Of a stretch of 64,000 nucleotides of DNA, positions 1-10,747 are shown piece after piece. Origin of the DNA: an uncultured Gemmatimonadaceae bacterium (GTDB taxonomy: Bacteria > Gemmatimonadota > Gemmatimonadetes > Gemmatimonadales > Gemmatimonadaceae); the NCBI GenBank assembly GCA_963829055.1, contig CAWHHI010000005.1, positions 307,970 to 371,969 of the forward strand, written 5' to 3'. The position numbers and the translations under genes are program-made. Numbering within the stretch: the stretch's first letter is position 1; every line of letters starts with the position of its first letter. The notes beneath the pieces were generated by a model that worked only from the letters and a program-made list of their open reading frames with translations, did not search any database and was not told the DNA's origin.

Positions 1-2282
1 AGATCATCACGAAGAAGGGACGTCCGGGCGCCAACCGGTTCGTGCAGAGCGTGCGCCTCGAGGCTGGCCGCACCGACCAGGATTACATGCCATACGACAA
101 CTATGGCAACTGCACGGAAGCGCTCGTCGCCCCCACGAGCACCAATCCTCTCTGCCGCGGGCAGGCGGTCGGCACGCTGGTCCACGACAACCCGCTCAAA
201 CGCGCTGACATCTTCCGCATCGGCAACGACTTCTCGTTAGGTTGGAACGCCACCGGCGGCGGCCAGAACTACGGGTACAACCTCACGTTCGGCAAGGAGA
301 GTGTGAACGGCACCCTGCCGAACAGCGGCCTGGACAAGCTCAACGCCCGCGTGAACTTCAACTTCGTTCCCGATCCCCGCCTAACGATCGATGCCGGGAT
401 TGGGCTCGTGCGGAACATGACGCAGCTGCCCAACCTGGACAACTCCGTCACCGGCTGGATCGCCGGAGGGATGCTCGGCTCCCCCCTGACGCGCACTGAC
501 CGGCCCGAAAACAGCAACGATGGTTGGTTCGGCTACAACCGCCAGTACAACGCGATCCGATCGGTCGACAACCGGTTGCGCACGAACCGGTCGATGCCGA
601 GCCTGACGGCGAACTATGGGCCGGTGTCCTGGTTCACCAACCGGTTTGTGCTGGGCGCCGACATCGCGACCGACCGTCAGGACGAGTACTACCCGAAGAA
701 CGACAGCTCGTGGTACACACCTGCGCTGCAGAACTCGGGTCAGGCGACCGAGGCGGCCCGCACCGCCGAACGGTACACGTTGGACTACCTCGGCAACATC
801 CGCCGCACGTTTGGAAAGGGGGACCAGTGGGAGGGCAACCTCTCCTTCGGGCTGCAGGCGGTGGCTACCAAGAACACGACCACCAACTCGCAGGGTGTCG
901 GGTTCGTGACGAACTCCAACAATACGATCACGTCCGCGGCAACGACCACCGGGGGTAGTCAGTTCACCGAGCAGACGCAGTACGGCTACCTCAGCCAGTT
1001 GCAGGTGGGCCTCAACAACCGTGCGTTCCTCCAGGTCGCGGTGCGCGTCGACAAGAACTCTGCGTTCGGTGAGACGGCGCCGGCGTTCGTGCTCCCCAAG
1101 GTGGGCGCCACATGGACGCTCTCCGAGGAACCGTTCTTCGAGGGCCTGACGAAATACGTGAATACGCTGCGAGTGCGCGGCTCGTGGGGCACGACGGGCC
1201 GTTCGCCGGCCCCCGGCGCGGCACTCTCCACGCTCATCGCCGCGCCGTACAACATCACGGGCACGACCGTCGCCGGGGCCAACCCCGGCAACCCTGGCAA
1301 CGCGGACTTGAGACCGGAGCGCGGCACCGAGTTCGAGGCCGGCTTCGACGCGAGCTTCTGGAAGGACCGGGTCACCGCTGAGCTCACGTACTTCGACAAG
1401 AAGACGACCGACCTGATCATCGCCAGGCCAATCCCGCCGTCGCTGGGCTTCAACACCAATCCGCTGGCGAACATTGGCGAGGTGATCAACCGAGGCATGG
1501 AGGCGGCGCTGAACGTGACCGCGGTCCAGACCACGAACTTCAGCTGGGACATCCGCGGCGGCCTCAACACGCTGCATAACGAGTTGACGGACCTGGGCGG
1601 CGTCGCGCCGTTCTCGCCCAGCACCAACGGCCGCACCCGCGCAATGAAGGGAGAGCAGATCGGCGTGTACGTGTCGAAGAAGATCCTGTCGATCGACGAT
1701 GCTTCGGGCGTAGTCACTGTCAGCGATACGCTCACGCCGATCGGTAACCTGTACCCGACGCTCGAGTGGAACCTCACGAACGGCGTCACGCTGATGAAGA
1801 ACTTCCGGATTACCGGGTCGTTCGACGCGAAGAAGGACTTCGTCGTCGACAACCTGCGGGATTGGTACACCGAGACGCTGCTCATTCACAGCCAGCGACG
1901 TCTCGATCCGAACTACTTGTCGCGCCACGAGCGACTGCGCCGCTACGGCAACGACGCGCCGGGCAAGCCGGCCTTCGTAACGCAGAAAGGTCTCTCGGCC
2001 ACGACGAGCGACGTCTACGAGGCCTTCGTTCAGCCGGGTGATTTCGTTCGATTCCGCGAGCTCTCGGCAACCTTCACGTTTCCGCAGAAGCTCGTGCGCA
2101 ACCTGGGCGCCAGAGTGCAAAACGTGTCAGTCGCCTTCGCGATGCAGAACATCAAGCTCTGGACCGACTACGAGGGCCCCGATCCGGAAGTCATCGCCCA
2201 GAACGGGACCTTCGATCGGCAGGATTTCTTCTCGCTGCCGCAACCGAAGCGGGCTCTCCTTCGGTTGAACTTCACCTTCTGA
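1..2282 (+). CDS. SusC/RagA-family TonB-dependent outer membrane receptor (5' end outside window)
   Basis: The frame begins 'IITKKG' at the window edge (end of plug). Motifs GNADLRPE..TEFEAG, YFDKKT.DLI, NIGEV.NRG.E, GDFVRFRE. C-terminal Phe. Directly followed by a SusD-like gene. Confidence 0.92.
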   Translation, partial: IITKKGRPGANRFVQSVRLEAGRTDQDYMPYDNYGNCTEALVAPTSTNPLCRGQAVGTLVHDNPLKRADIFRIGNDFSLGWNATGGGQNYGYNLTFGKESVNGTLPNSGLDKLNARVNFNFVPDPRLTIDAGIGLVRNMTQLPNLDNSVTGWIAGGMLGSPLTRTDRPENSNDGWFGYNRQYNAIRSVDNRLRTNRSMPSLTANYGPVSWFTNRFVLGADIATDRQDEYYPKNDSSWYTPALQNSGQATEAARTAERYTLDYLGNIRRTFGKGDQWEGNLSFGLQAVATKNTTTNSQGVGFVTNSNNTITSAATTTGGSQFTEQTQYGYLSQLQVGLNNRAFLQVAVRVDKNSAFGETAPAFVLPKVGATWTLSEEPFFEGLTKYVNTLRVRGSWGTTGRSPAPGAALSTLIAAPYNITGTTVAGANPGNPGNADLRPERGTEFEAGFDASFWKDRVTAELTYFDKKTTDLIIARPIPPSLGFNTNPLANIGEVINRGMEAALNVTAVQTTNFSWDIRGGLNTLHNELTDLGGVAPFSPSTNGRTRAMKGEQIGVYVSKKILSIDDASGVVTVSDTLTPIGNLYPTLEWNLTNGVTLMKNFRITGSFDAKKDFVVDNLRDWYTETLLIHSQRRLDPNYLSRHERLRRYGNDAPGKPAFVTQKGLSATTSDVYEAFVQPGDFVRFRELSATFTFPQKLVRNLGARVQNVSVAFAMQNIKLWTDYEGPDPEVIAQNGTFDRQDFFSLPQPKRALLRLNFTF

Positions 2283-2298
2283 CCCGCCGAGGACCGTC

Positions 2299-3546
2299 AT
2301 GCGAACCATCCGACGCGCGGTCTCGCGCACGCTGATCGCCACGGCCTTCGTCGTGGGCGCTTCCGCCTGTTCCGACAAATTTCTCGAAGTCGACAACCCT
2401 AACGTCATCGACGCCTCCACGGTCGATCCGAAGGAGGCTGCTGCCACTCTCGCCGCCTCCACGGAGCAGAACTTCAAAACGGCGGTTGGCACGTTCATTC
2501 AGTTCAGCTCGCACTTCACCGGCGAGACCTACATCATGGAGACCAGCGGAGCCCAGAACGAGTTCGGCCGCCGCGAGGTGTCCGAGCTGAACGGCCAGGC
2601 GTTGATCCAGTGGCGAGAGATGTCTCTGGCCGCGGCATCGGGCAAGCTGCTGCTGGACCTCACGCTGCCCGAGCCGACGACCAACATCAACATCGCGCGC
2701 GGCGCGACGTTCCGAGCCTACGCGATACTCTTTCTGGCGACCGATTTCTGCAGCGGTGCGCTCTCGTCGGGGCCCGAGCTCAACACCAACCAGATGCTCG
2801 ACACGGCGATCGTCTGGTTCACCAAGGCGATCGACGTGGGCAAGGCGAACGGCACCGCGACCGCGGTGAGCCTCGCCAATGCGTCGCTCGTCGGACGCGC
2901 TCGCGCGAAGCTGCAGAAGGGCGACAAGACCGGCGCGCTGGCCGATGCGAGTGCGGTGCCGGCGGGCTTTACCTTCATGATGACGTATCAGGACGACCTG
3001 GCGAATCGAACGCGCCTGTCGAACGCGCTCTGGCGCGGTACGGTCGACCGCAGTGTGATCAGCGTCCCGCCGTACTATCAAACCACCGATCCGCGCGTGA
3101 CGTGGCTCCCGCCGGGCAAGCACCCGTACAACGCGTGGGACGCGGCTGCGGGTCCGTACTTCATCCAGCAGAAGTACCCGGGGTACGCCTCGTCGATCCG
3201 GCTCGCCTCGAAGCTCGAGGCCGAGTACATCGCCGCCGAAGCGTCGGGCGACGTCACGGCGCAGCTCGCGCTGATCAACCGGCAACGTGCTGCCGCCCAG
3301 CTTCCGGCGTACAGCGGTCCCCAGGATGCCACGAGCGTGCTCACGGAACTGTTCAACCAGAAAGGCTTCGACTTCTGGCTCGAGGGGAAGCGGCTGGCCG
3401 ACTTCCGCCGCCAGCCGGTCGCCGCCGCGCGCTACGTGCCGGTCGCCGGAACTCCGTACTGGAGGCCGAACCTCGGGAATATTGGGGCGCAGACCTGCTA
3501 TCCGATGCCGTTCGCCGAGCGCGACAACAACCCGAACATTCCGTAG
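2299..3546 (+). CDS. RagB/SusD-family lipoprotein
   Basis: Lipobox ASAC, EAEYIAAEA and FWLEGKRLADFRR motifs, C-terminal PFAERDNNPN; immediately downstream of SusC. Confidence 0.9.
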   Translation: MRTIRRAVSRTLIATAFVVGASACSDKFLEVDNPNVIDASTVDPKEAAATLAASTEQNFKTAVGTFIQFSSHFTGETYIMETSGAQNEFGRREVSELNGQALIQWREMSLAAASGKLLLDLTLPEPTTNINIARGATFRAYAILFLATDFCSGALSSGPELNTNQMLDTAIVWFTKAIDVGKANGTATAVSLANASLVGRARAKLQKGDKTGALADASAVPAGFTFMMTYQDDLANRTRLSNALWRGTVDRSVISVPPYYQTTDPRVTWLPPGKHPYNAWDAAAGPYFIQQKYPGYASSIRLASKLEAEYIAAEASGDVTAQLALINRQRAAAQLPAYSGPQDATSVLTELFNQKGFDFWLEGKRLADFRRQPVAAARYVPVAGTPYWRPNLGNIGAQTCYPMPFAERDNNPNIP

Positions 3547-3570
3547 TAACCCCGGCCACTTGGAGGCCCC

Positions 3571-5658
3571 GTGAACCACTCCCGAACGTCCTCGAGCGCG
3601 GCGTCCTGTCTCGTCCTTCTTTGCGCGGCGTCTGCACTCCCGGCGCAGCCGCAGCAGCCGCCGCTGTCGAACAAGATCGTGCTCGAGCAGTACCTAGACT
3701 GGGAGGAAGTCCAGGCTCCGCAGCTCTCGCCCGATGGGACCCAGATCCTGTTCACGCGCCGGTGGGTGGACAAGATGAATGACCGGTGGGAAACCAGCGT
3801 CTGGCAGATGAACGCCGACGGGTCTCATCCCCGGTTCCTGGTGCAGGGGTCTAACGTCCAATGGTCGCCCGATGGCAAGCGGATCGCCTACATCGCTAAA
3901 GGCGAGCCGACCGGATCGCAGATCTGGGTACGGTGGATGGACGCCGAAGGCGCGGCGTCGCAGATCTCACACCTCACCGAAGCTCCGGCCGATCTCGAGT
4001 GGGCGCCCGATGGAAAGTCCATCGCGTTCACGATGATGGTACCGGTGCCGCAGCAGGGGTTCAAGATCCCGATGCCCACGCCGCCGAAGGGCGCGAAGTG
4101 GATCGAGCCGCCGAAGATTGTCACGCAACTCACCTTTCGAGCCGACCGGATCGGTTTCACCGACGAAGGATTCCGCCACATCTTCGTGATCCCGGCCGAC
4201 GGGGGCATGCCACGGCAGATCACCAACGGCAACTGGAGCCACAACTCGCCGAGCTTCTCGGCCGACGGCAAGTGGGTCGCGTTCTCTTCATACCGAGTCC
4301 CCGACGCGGAGCACGCGTTTGTCGGGCGCGGGCTCGAGACGGAGATCTATGTCGCGAGCACCGAGAATGGTGAGATCAAGCGGATCACGAACCATCCGGG
4401 CTCGGACGTCAATCCGACCTTCTCCCCGGACGGTCGGTACATCGCTTTCATGTCCGCCGACTCGATCGACCATTCCGCGTGGCCTGACACGAAGCTCATG
4501 CTGATGAACGCCGACGGGTCCGGCCGTCGCGTGATCTCGGGCGCCCTCGACCGCCCGATGTCCGACGTACGCTGGGCCCACGATGCCAGCGGCGTTTATT
4601 TCAACGTCGCGAGTGAGGGCTCGCAGAACCTCTACTTCGCGTCGGTCGGCGGCCAGGTGCGGGCGGTGACTACCGGAACGCACATGCTCGCGGTCAGCGA
4701 CATCAGCCGGAACGGCGTCGCCGTGGGCGTGCGCTCGACATCGCTCAAGCCTAACGACGTGGTGACGTTCACGATACCCAGGACGGGAACGGTGAGTACG
4801 TTCACGCAGGTCTCCGCCGTGAACGACGACGTGCTCGCCGGCAAGGCACTCGCGCAGACCGAGGAGGTGTGGTACACGTCGACGGACGGGCTCAAGATCC
4901 AGGGGTGGATTGTGAAGCCCGCTGATTTCGACGCGCGGAAGAAGTACCCGCTCATTCTCGAGATCCATGGCGGGCCACAGTCGATGTTCAATGTTGGGTT
5001 CAACTACGCCCGCCAGCACCACGCGGCTAACGGCTATGTGGTGTTGTACACGAACCCGCGCGGCAGCACCGGCTACGGCAACAAGTTCACGGACCTGATC
5101 AAGAACGCATACCCCGGCAAGGACTTCGATGACCTGATGGCGGGCGTGGACACGGTGATCGGCCGCGGCTACATCGACACGAAGAACATGTTCGTCTACG
5201 GTTGCTCCGGCGGTGGTGTACTCACGGCGTGGGTGGTGGGCCACACGGACCGCTTCGCCGCAGCCGCTTCGCTCTGCCCGGTGATCAACTGGATAAGCTT
5301 TGTCGGCCAGACGGACGGGTCAGGCTGGTATCAGACGTTCGACAAGCCGTTCTGGGAGGACCCGAGCGAGCACCTGCGCCGGTCGCCGATCATGTATGTG
5401 GGGCACGTGAAGACCCCGACGATCCTGATGACGGGGATCCTCGACCTGCGCACGCCGATGCCTCAGTCCGAGGAGTTCTACCGCGCGCTCGCCCTTCGCG
5501 GCATCCCGACAGCGCTCATCCGATTCAACAACGAGTACCACGGCACATCGAGCACGCCGTCGAACTATCTGCGCACGCAGCTCTATCTGCATAACTGGTT
5601 CGACAAGTACAGCACGAAGCCTGCGGCCCGCGCCACAACGTCGGGGGGCACGCCGTAG
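3571..5658 (+). CDS. S9 family peptidase (dipeptidyl/acylaminoacyl peptidase) with PD40/TolB-like propeller
   Basis: Signal peptide, WSPDG repeats, IHGGP, NPRGSTGYG, nucleophile GCSGGG, DLRTP and His in EYHG. Confidence 0.92.
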   Translation: MNHSRTSSSAASCLVLLCAASALPAQPQQPPLSNKIVLEQYLDWEEVQAPQLSPDGTQILFTRRWVDKMNDRWETSVWQMNADGSHPRFLVQGSNVQWSPDGKRIAYIAKGEPTGSQIWVRWMDAEGAASQISHLTEAPADLEWAPDGKSIAFTMMVPVPQQGFKIPMPTPPKGAKWIEPPKIVTQLTFRADRIGFTDEGFRHIFVIPADGGMPRQITNGNWSHNSPSFSADGKWVAFSSYRVPDAEHAFVGRGLETEIYVASTENGEIKRITNHPGSDVNPTFSPDGRYIAFMSADSIDHSAWPDTKLMLMNADGSGRRVISGALDRPMSDVRWAHDASGVYFNVASEGSQNLYFASVGGQVRAVTTGTHMLAVSDISRNGVAVGVRSTSLKPNDVVTFTIPRTGTVSTFTQVSAVNDDVLAGKALAQTEEVWYTSTDGLKIQGWIVKPADFDARKKYPLILEIHGGPQSMFNVGFNYARQHHAANGYVVLYTNPRGSTGYGNKFTDLIKNAYPGKDFDDLMAGVDTVIGRGYIDTKNMFVYGCSGGGVLTAWVVGHTDRFAAAASLCPVINWISFVGQTDGSGWYQTFDKPFWEDPSEHLRRSPIMYVGHVKTPTILMTGILDLRTPMPQSEEFYRALALRGIPTALIRFNNEYHGTSSTPSNYLRTQLYLHNWFDKYSTKPAARATTSGGTP

Positions 5659-5899
5659 CACGGTAGCACGGGTACTCATGGCGAGATTCGAGCGCGGGCG
5701 TCTCGACGCGAAGCGGCTGCTGTCCGCCGTCGCCGAGCGCCCGCGTCTCACTAGTCGGCCGGCTTGGCTGGTTTCGCCGCCGCCGATCCATCGAAGTTGC
5801 GCGCGTTCTGCCTGGTGATCTCTCACCGGTTGGTTGAGTAGTGCTACGAGTGCCGGCTGGACACATGCACTGATCGAACATCCCCCACGCGCGAATTCA

Positions 5900-6112
5900 A
5901 TGACTCGGGCACTGCTGCTCCTGACGGCCGTGATGACCACGGCAAGCCTAACGACGTCACTCGGTGCTCAAGGTGACGACGTCATCCTCGTTCGTGGCGC
6001 GACGATCTACACCGCGACTGGTGCACCCATCAGCAAGGGCAGCGTCCTGATCCGAGCCGGCGACTAACGTGGCGCCGCCCGCAGGGGCCAGGATCGTCGA
6101 AGCAGCCGGTCA
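5900..6112 (+). pseudogene. N-terminal remnant of an amidohydrolase, paralogous to 50695..51906
   Basis: LGAQGDDVILVRGATIYTATGAPISKGSVLIRAG, then NVAPPAGARIVEAAG after a frame change. This aligns to LGAQGDAILVRGGTINTATGAPITNGSILIRAG...NVTAPPGVRIVDAAG at 50695; similarity then stops. Confidence 0.8.
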
Positions 6113-6259
6113 TGGCTTAGAAGGGCGCGTCACACACGTCCGTTGCTCGAGCCAGCCTGGAACTCGCCTACGACCACGCCGGCGATGGGTAGTGCGAGCG
6201 ACGGCGTCCTGCGAAGATTGGATCTACAAAATGCGTCTGAACCGCGAGGAGGGACCAAC

Positions 6260-7934
6260 ATGCGCGCGCGATTCCTGAGCACGGCCGTGATCGCGTTAGG
6301 CCTGGCCGCTCGTCAGGCACCGACTCAACAGCCCGCACCGACGCGGCGACCCGTCGCCCAGCCGGCCAGTTCCGACACCGCAAGCCCAACGCGAAGCCCG
6401 CGATGACCCGCGCGTCGCACCGAAGCGCCGCGAGGGTGAAGGCCCGTTCCCGCGACTCATCATCAGGGGCACGACGCTGATCGACGGCACCGGCGCTCCA
6501 CCCCGCGGGCCCGTCGACATCGTGATCGAGAACAATCGCATCACGAACATCGCGAGCGTCGGGTACCCCGGCGTGCGGATCGACACAGCGGGACGCCCGC
6601 GCAATGCCACGCGCGAGATCGACGGGACAGGCATGTACGTGCTGCCCGGACTGGTGGACCTCCACGTCCATCAGGGCACCAAGCAGAAGGCGCCGGAGTC
6701 CGAGTACTACAACAAGCTCTGGCTCGCTCACGGTATCACGTCGGTGCGCGGCGTGCCGTTCGCGAGCTATGCCTATTCCATTGGCGAGAAGCGGCGGAGC
6801 GAGACGAACGAGATCACCGCACCGCGCTACTGGGTGTACCAGCGACCCGGCACCGGATGGCCGAAAGGCCAGGTCCAGAATCCGGAACAGGCGCGGGAGT
6901 GGGTTCGCTGGCTCGCGCAGAACGGAGGCGACGGCATCAAGCTCGGCGCCGAGAGACCCGACATCATGGCGGCGCTGCTCGACGAGGCGAAGAAACTCGG
7001 TCTGGGCAGCACCGCCCATCTGCAGCAGACCGGCGTCGCCCAGATGAACGCCGACGAGGCAACGCGACTCGGCCTCCAGACCGTGACGCACTTCTACGGG
7101 CTGTTCGAGAGCATGTACGAGAACAACTCCGTGCAGCCGTGGCCCGTCGACATGAACTACAACAACGAGCAGGACCGCTTCAGCCAGGTGGCTCGGCAAT
7201 GGTCGCTCGTAAAGCCGGGCGGCGAGAAGTGGAACGCGCTGCTCAACAAGTTCAAGGAACGCGACGTCACACTCGACCCGACCATGGTCGCGTACCTGAC
7301 GGGGCGTGACATGTTCCATCACATGAACGCGCCGTGGCATCAGAAATACACACTCCCCACGCTCTGGGCGTACTACCAGCCGAACCGTACGAATCACGGA
7401 TCGTACTGGTACTATTGGACCACCTGGGATGAGGTGGCGTGGCGCAACTTCTACCGGGTGTGGATGCAGTTCCTGAACGACTACAAGAACATGGGCGGGC
7501 GCGTCACGGCGAGCTCGGACGCCGGCTTCATCTACAACACGCCCGGATTCTCCACGATCCAGGAGATGGAACTGCTGCAGGAAGCGGGCTTTCACCCGCT
7601 CGAGGTCATTCGCGGCGCCACGCTCCACGCGGCCGAGACGCTGTTCAAGCCGAAGGGCCGCGAGGTCGAGCTGGGTGTCGTTAGGCGGGGCGCACTGGCC
7701 GACATCCTGATCGTCGATCAGAATCCGGTCGCGAACCTGAAGGTTCTCTATGGCATCGGGGCCCTCAAGCTCAACGACGAGACGGGGAAGCCGGAATGGG
7801 TGGGAGGCGTGAAATACACGATCAAGGACGGAATCGTCTACGACGCGAAGCAGCTGCTCGCCGACGTGGCCGCCATGGTCGACGAGCAGCGTAAGAAGAC
7901 GCCCGCGACGAACGAAGAAAGCGCGAAGCGTTAG
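6260..7934 (+). CDS. Secreted amidohydrolase family protein (frameshift near the 5' end)
   Basis: RBS GAGGAGG and ATG 6260 with signal peptide. IDGTGMYVLPGLVDLHVH (HxH), SSDAG, GALADILIVDQNP. Main ORF is 6522..7934. Confidence 0.85.
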
Positions 7935-7939
7935 GGCCG

Positions 7940-9301
7940 GTGGATCGGCGTGCGTTCCTCAGGACGGGCGCTCTCACCCTCTCGAGCGCCGCGCTTGTCG
8001 CGTGCGGGCGCGATCTGCCGCTGGCGCCGCGAGGCCCGGACCGCGAAGGCCGGCGCCTCTTCTTCGCCAGCGGCATCGAGAACAGCTATCCGCTGCTCCC
8101 GAATGGGCGGCGCGTCGACGAGATGGAGAAGTGCGACCACTACCGCCGGTGGCGCGAGGACTTCGGCCTGGCGCGAGAGCTCGGCCTCGACGCGCTCCGG
8201 TATGGGCCGGCCTACTACCGAACCAATCCCGCGCCGGGGCGCTACGACTGGTCGAGCGTGGATGATCAGATGGCATGGCTGCGCTCATCCGGCATCACGG
8301 TGATCGCGGACCTCTGTCATTTCGGGGTACCCTCGTGGTTAGGCGGCTTCCAGGATGTCGCGTTCCCAGCGCAGTTCGCCGCGTACGCTCGCGAGTTCGC
8401 CCGACGCTATCCGTGGGTGCGCTACTACACGCCCATCAACGAGATCTACGTAGCAGCCACCTTCTCGGCCTGGTTCGGGTGGTGGAACGAGAGCCTAACG
8501 AGCGAGGGCGCGTTCGCGACCGCGCTGCGGAACCTCTGCCTTGCCCACGAGCTCGCAGTGCTCGCGATTCTCGCGGAGCGGCCGGATGCGATCTTCGTGC
8601 AGGCCGAGTCGATCGAGCGCTACGAGCCGGCGGACGACAGCGCGGACGCGGCGCGTCAGGCAGCGTTCTGGAATGACGCGCGGTACGCCTCGCTCGACCT
8701 CACGCTCGGACGGCCGCCGTCACCCACCTCGATCGATCTCCTTCGCCGAGGGGCGACGAGCGACAGCGACCTCGCGTTTTTCCGTGAGCGGCGTGCGATG
8801 GGACAGCGCTGGCTCGGTGTCGACTACTACGTGACGTGCGAGCAGGTCGTCTACGGCGACGGGAGGCGGGCGCCGGCGCCGCGGCGCACCGGGCTGGCCA
8901 CGCTGGCGCGGGACTACCATCGTCGCTACGGGATCCCGCTCTTCGTGTCGGAGACCAACCGCGTCGACATGCTCGCCGTGGAATGGCTCGACGAGCAGTG
9001 GCGGGAGACACAGCTCCTGGATCGCGCGGGCGTCCCGGTGAACGGATTCACCTGGTATCCACTGACCGACGTGGTGGACTGGCGGCACGCGCTGCGCATC
9101 GAGCGGAATGACGTCGACCCGATCGGCCTCTGCGACCTCGGGCGCGCCGTGCGCCCGGTGGGAAGAGCCTACGCAGCGCTCATCGCGAGCGCCGAACCCG
9201 TGCTCGCTGTGCAACGCATTGACGATAGGACCTCGCCTAACGCGAGCCGACTTGCGCCCGGCGGCACGGCGCCCGCCGCCGTCCCCTCTCGCTCCGGTTG
9301 A
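7940..9301 (+). CDS. Glycoside hydrolase family 1-like protein with Tat-lipoprotein signal
   Basis: FASGIE, HYRRWREDF, DLCHFG, YTPINE (acid/base), SETN (nucleophile). N-terminus is MDRRAFL...LVAC. Confidence 0.8.
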   Translation: MDRRAFLRTGALTLSSAALVACGRDLPLAPRGPDREGRRLFFASGIENSYPLLPNGRRVDEMEKCDHYRRWREDFGLARELGLDALRYGPAYYRTNPAPGRYDWSSVDDQMAWLRSSGITVIADLCHFGVPSWLGGFQDVAFPAQFAAYAREFARRYPWVRYYTPINEIYVAATFSAWFGWWNESLTSEGAFATALRNLCLAHELAVLAILAERPDAIFVQAESIERYEPADDSADAARQAAFWNDARYASLDLTLGRPPSPTSIDLLRRGATSDSDLAFFRERRAMGQRWLGVDYYVTCEQVVYGDGRRAPAPRRTGLATLARDYHRRYGIPLFVSETNRVDMLAVEWLDEQWRETQLLDRAGVPVNGFTWYPLTDVVDWRHALRIERNDVDPIGLCDLGRAVRPVGRAYAALIASAEPVLAVQRIDDRTSPNASRLAPGGTAPAAVPSRSG

Positions 9302-9957
9302 TCCGCCTGGCGCAGGCAATCGGTGTTCAGCGACTCTGACTCGGCGGATGCGGTTGGGCTGCCCGGTTTGGGCAGCACTTGCAGCAGCGGCGTTGGCTTC
9401 ACCGCAGTCGGCCCAACGAATGGCCGATCGTTGGCAAGGATCAGGACGATCGAGACGGCGATCGCCGTCGAGAACAGGCCTAACGCGATGCGCGCCGTCG
9501 CGCGACTGTCCGAGTGCACCATCGCGACGCCCACCAGCATGCAGACGGCCTGCAGGAGGAGCGCTGTCCACTTCACGCCGTTCACCTGCGTCTCGCTCAC
9601 GAGAATCCGCTGTCGTCGCGCGTCCAGCGCATTCTCCAGCGCCGACACGATTTCCCGCTGCGCGGCGACCTGCCCGGCCCCCTCCACCGGTGCGCCGAAC
9701 GTGACCCGGAGCGCCTGGGCGAGCGCCATCGGGATCATCGCCAGCGTCACCTCGCGGCGCGCCATCGCGGGCCACTCCTGACGTTCCACTTGCTGGATGT
9801 GCTGGCGTATCAGATCGCGAAGCTGTCCCGCCGCATCCGCCGGGAGCGCCTCCGAGAGCAGAACCGCCGCGCGGAGCGACGATGCCTCTCGATTCACGGC
9901 GGCGTTCGCTCGCTCGACGTCGCCCCACGCCTGCGACGCCAGGAACGCGACGAGCGT
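9169..9957 (-). pseudogene. DUF4239/bestrophin-like membrane domain lacking its N-terminus, fused in frame to the upstream gene
   Basis: LVAFLASQAWGDVERANAAVNREASSLR...EWPAM...LDARRQR...DRPFVG are typical of this family; the N-terminal TM segment is missing. Confidence 0.7.
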
Positions 9958-10744
9958 TCCGTGCGGGCTGAATGCCCGCTGCAGCGCGGCGGTCACGTCG
10001 AGACCCGTCAGCCCGACGAACCGGCCGATCTCCTGCACGGTGACGCCGCCGCCGACCAGGAAGCGCTGGCCGCGACTCCACTCACGCCCGGTCGTACCCC
10101 ACGCGACAGCGAATGAGGGAGTGGCGAAGGGAACGACCCGGATGCTCTGCCCCACAGCGAGCGAGAGCGGGACGGTGATGTCCGCCGTCCAGTGCTGCCT
10201 CTCGCCGAACGCGGCGTCCGCCCACCCCGCGCCGAACTCCAGCGTCGCCGTTCCGGTCGCGTCGTTCTCCGTGAAGAACGGGACGCGAAGGAAAGGGCGT
10301 GTGGTGACCAGGTAGTTGCTGTAGCGGATGCCCGCCATCAGCCGGTTCGTGTCGCACGAGGATTCAATGCAGAACTCCCCGTCGCCGCGCTGATACCCCA
10401 CGGTGCCCGAGAGCAGCGGGCCGCCCTCGATCTGCAGGTTGCTGACGAGGCCGTATGACGTCAGGCTTCGCCCCGCATCCAGCGCGCGCGAGCCGTACTG
10501 CAGACGAAACCCGAACGAGCAGTCTGTCATCACGGCTCGTCGGCATCACTGGGCCGACCGGCGTCAGGGCGCCTAACGGCGTGCTCGCGATCGCCGCCAG
10601 CGTGCGGGAAAGTCCCGTCTCCGATTCCGTCGACTGAGCCCCGAGCATCCGGGACACGAGTAGCGCCAGCGACACCGATCCCGCGATGACGTGCGACCGG
10701 CCAATGGTCCAGCGGGTCCAGCGGGCGCGCGGTATGGTTCGCAT
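9958..10744 (-). CDS. Secreted beta-strand-rich (outer-membrane barrel-like) hypothetical protein, frameshift ~10533, C-terminus replaced
   Basis: Signal peptide in ORF 10364..10744 and alternating hydrophobic strands in ORF 9169..10533. Confidence 0.55.
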
Positions 10745-10747
10745 CGG

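Noticed and set aside
381..2120. Long antisense or alternate-frame ORFs (e.g. 381..2120, 2272..3579, 6168..7628, 14743..15963, 25626..26987, 59559..61052)
   Set aside because: Shadow ORFs of GC-rich genes: Arg/Ala/Pro-rich and without motifs, opposite well-supported CDSs.
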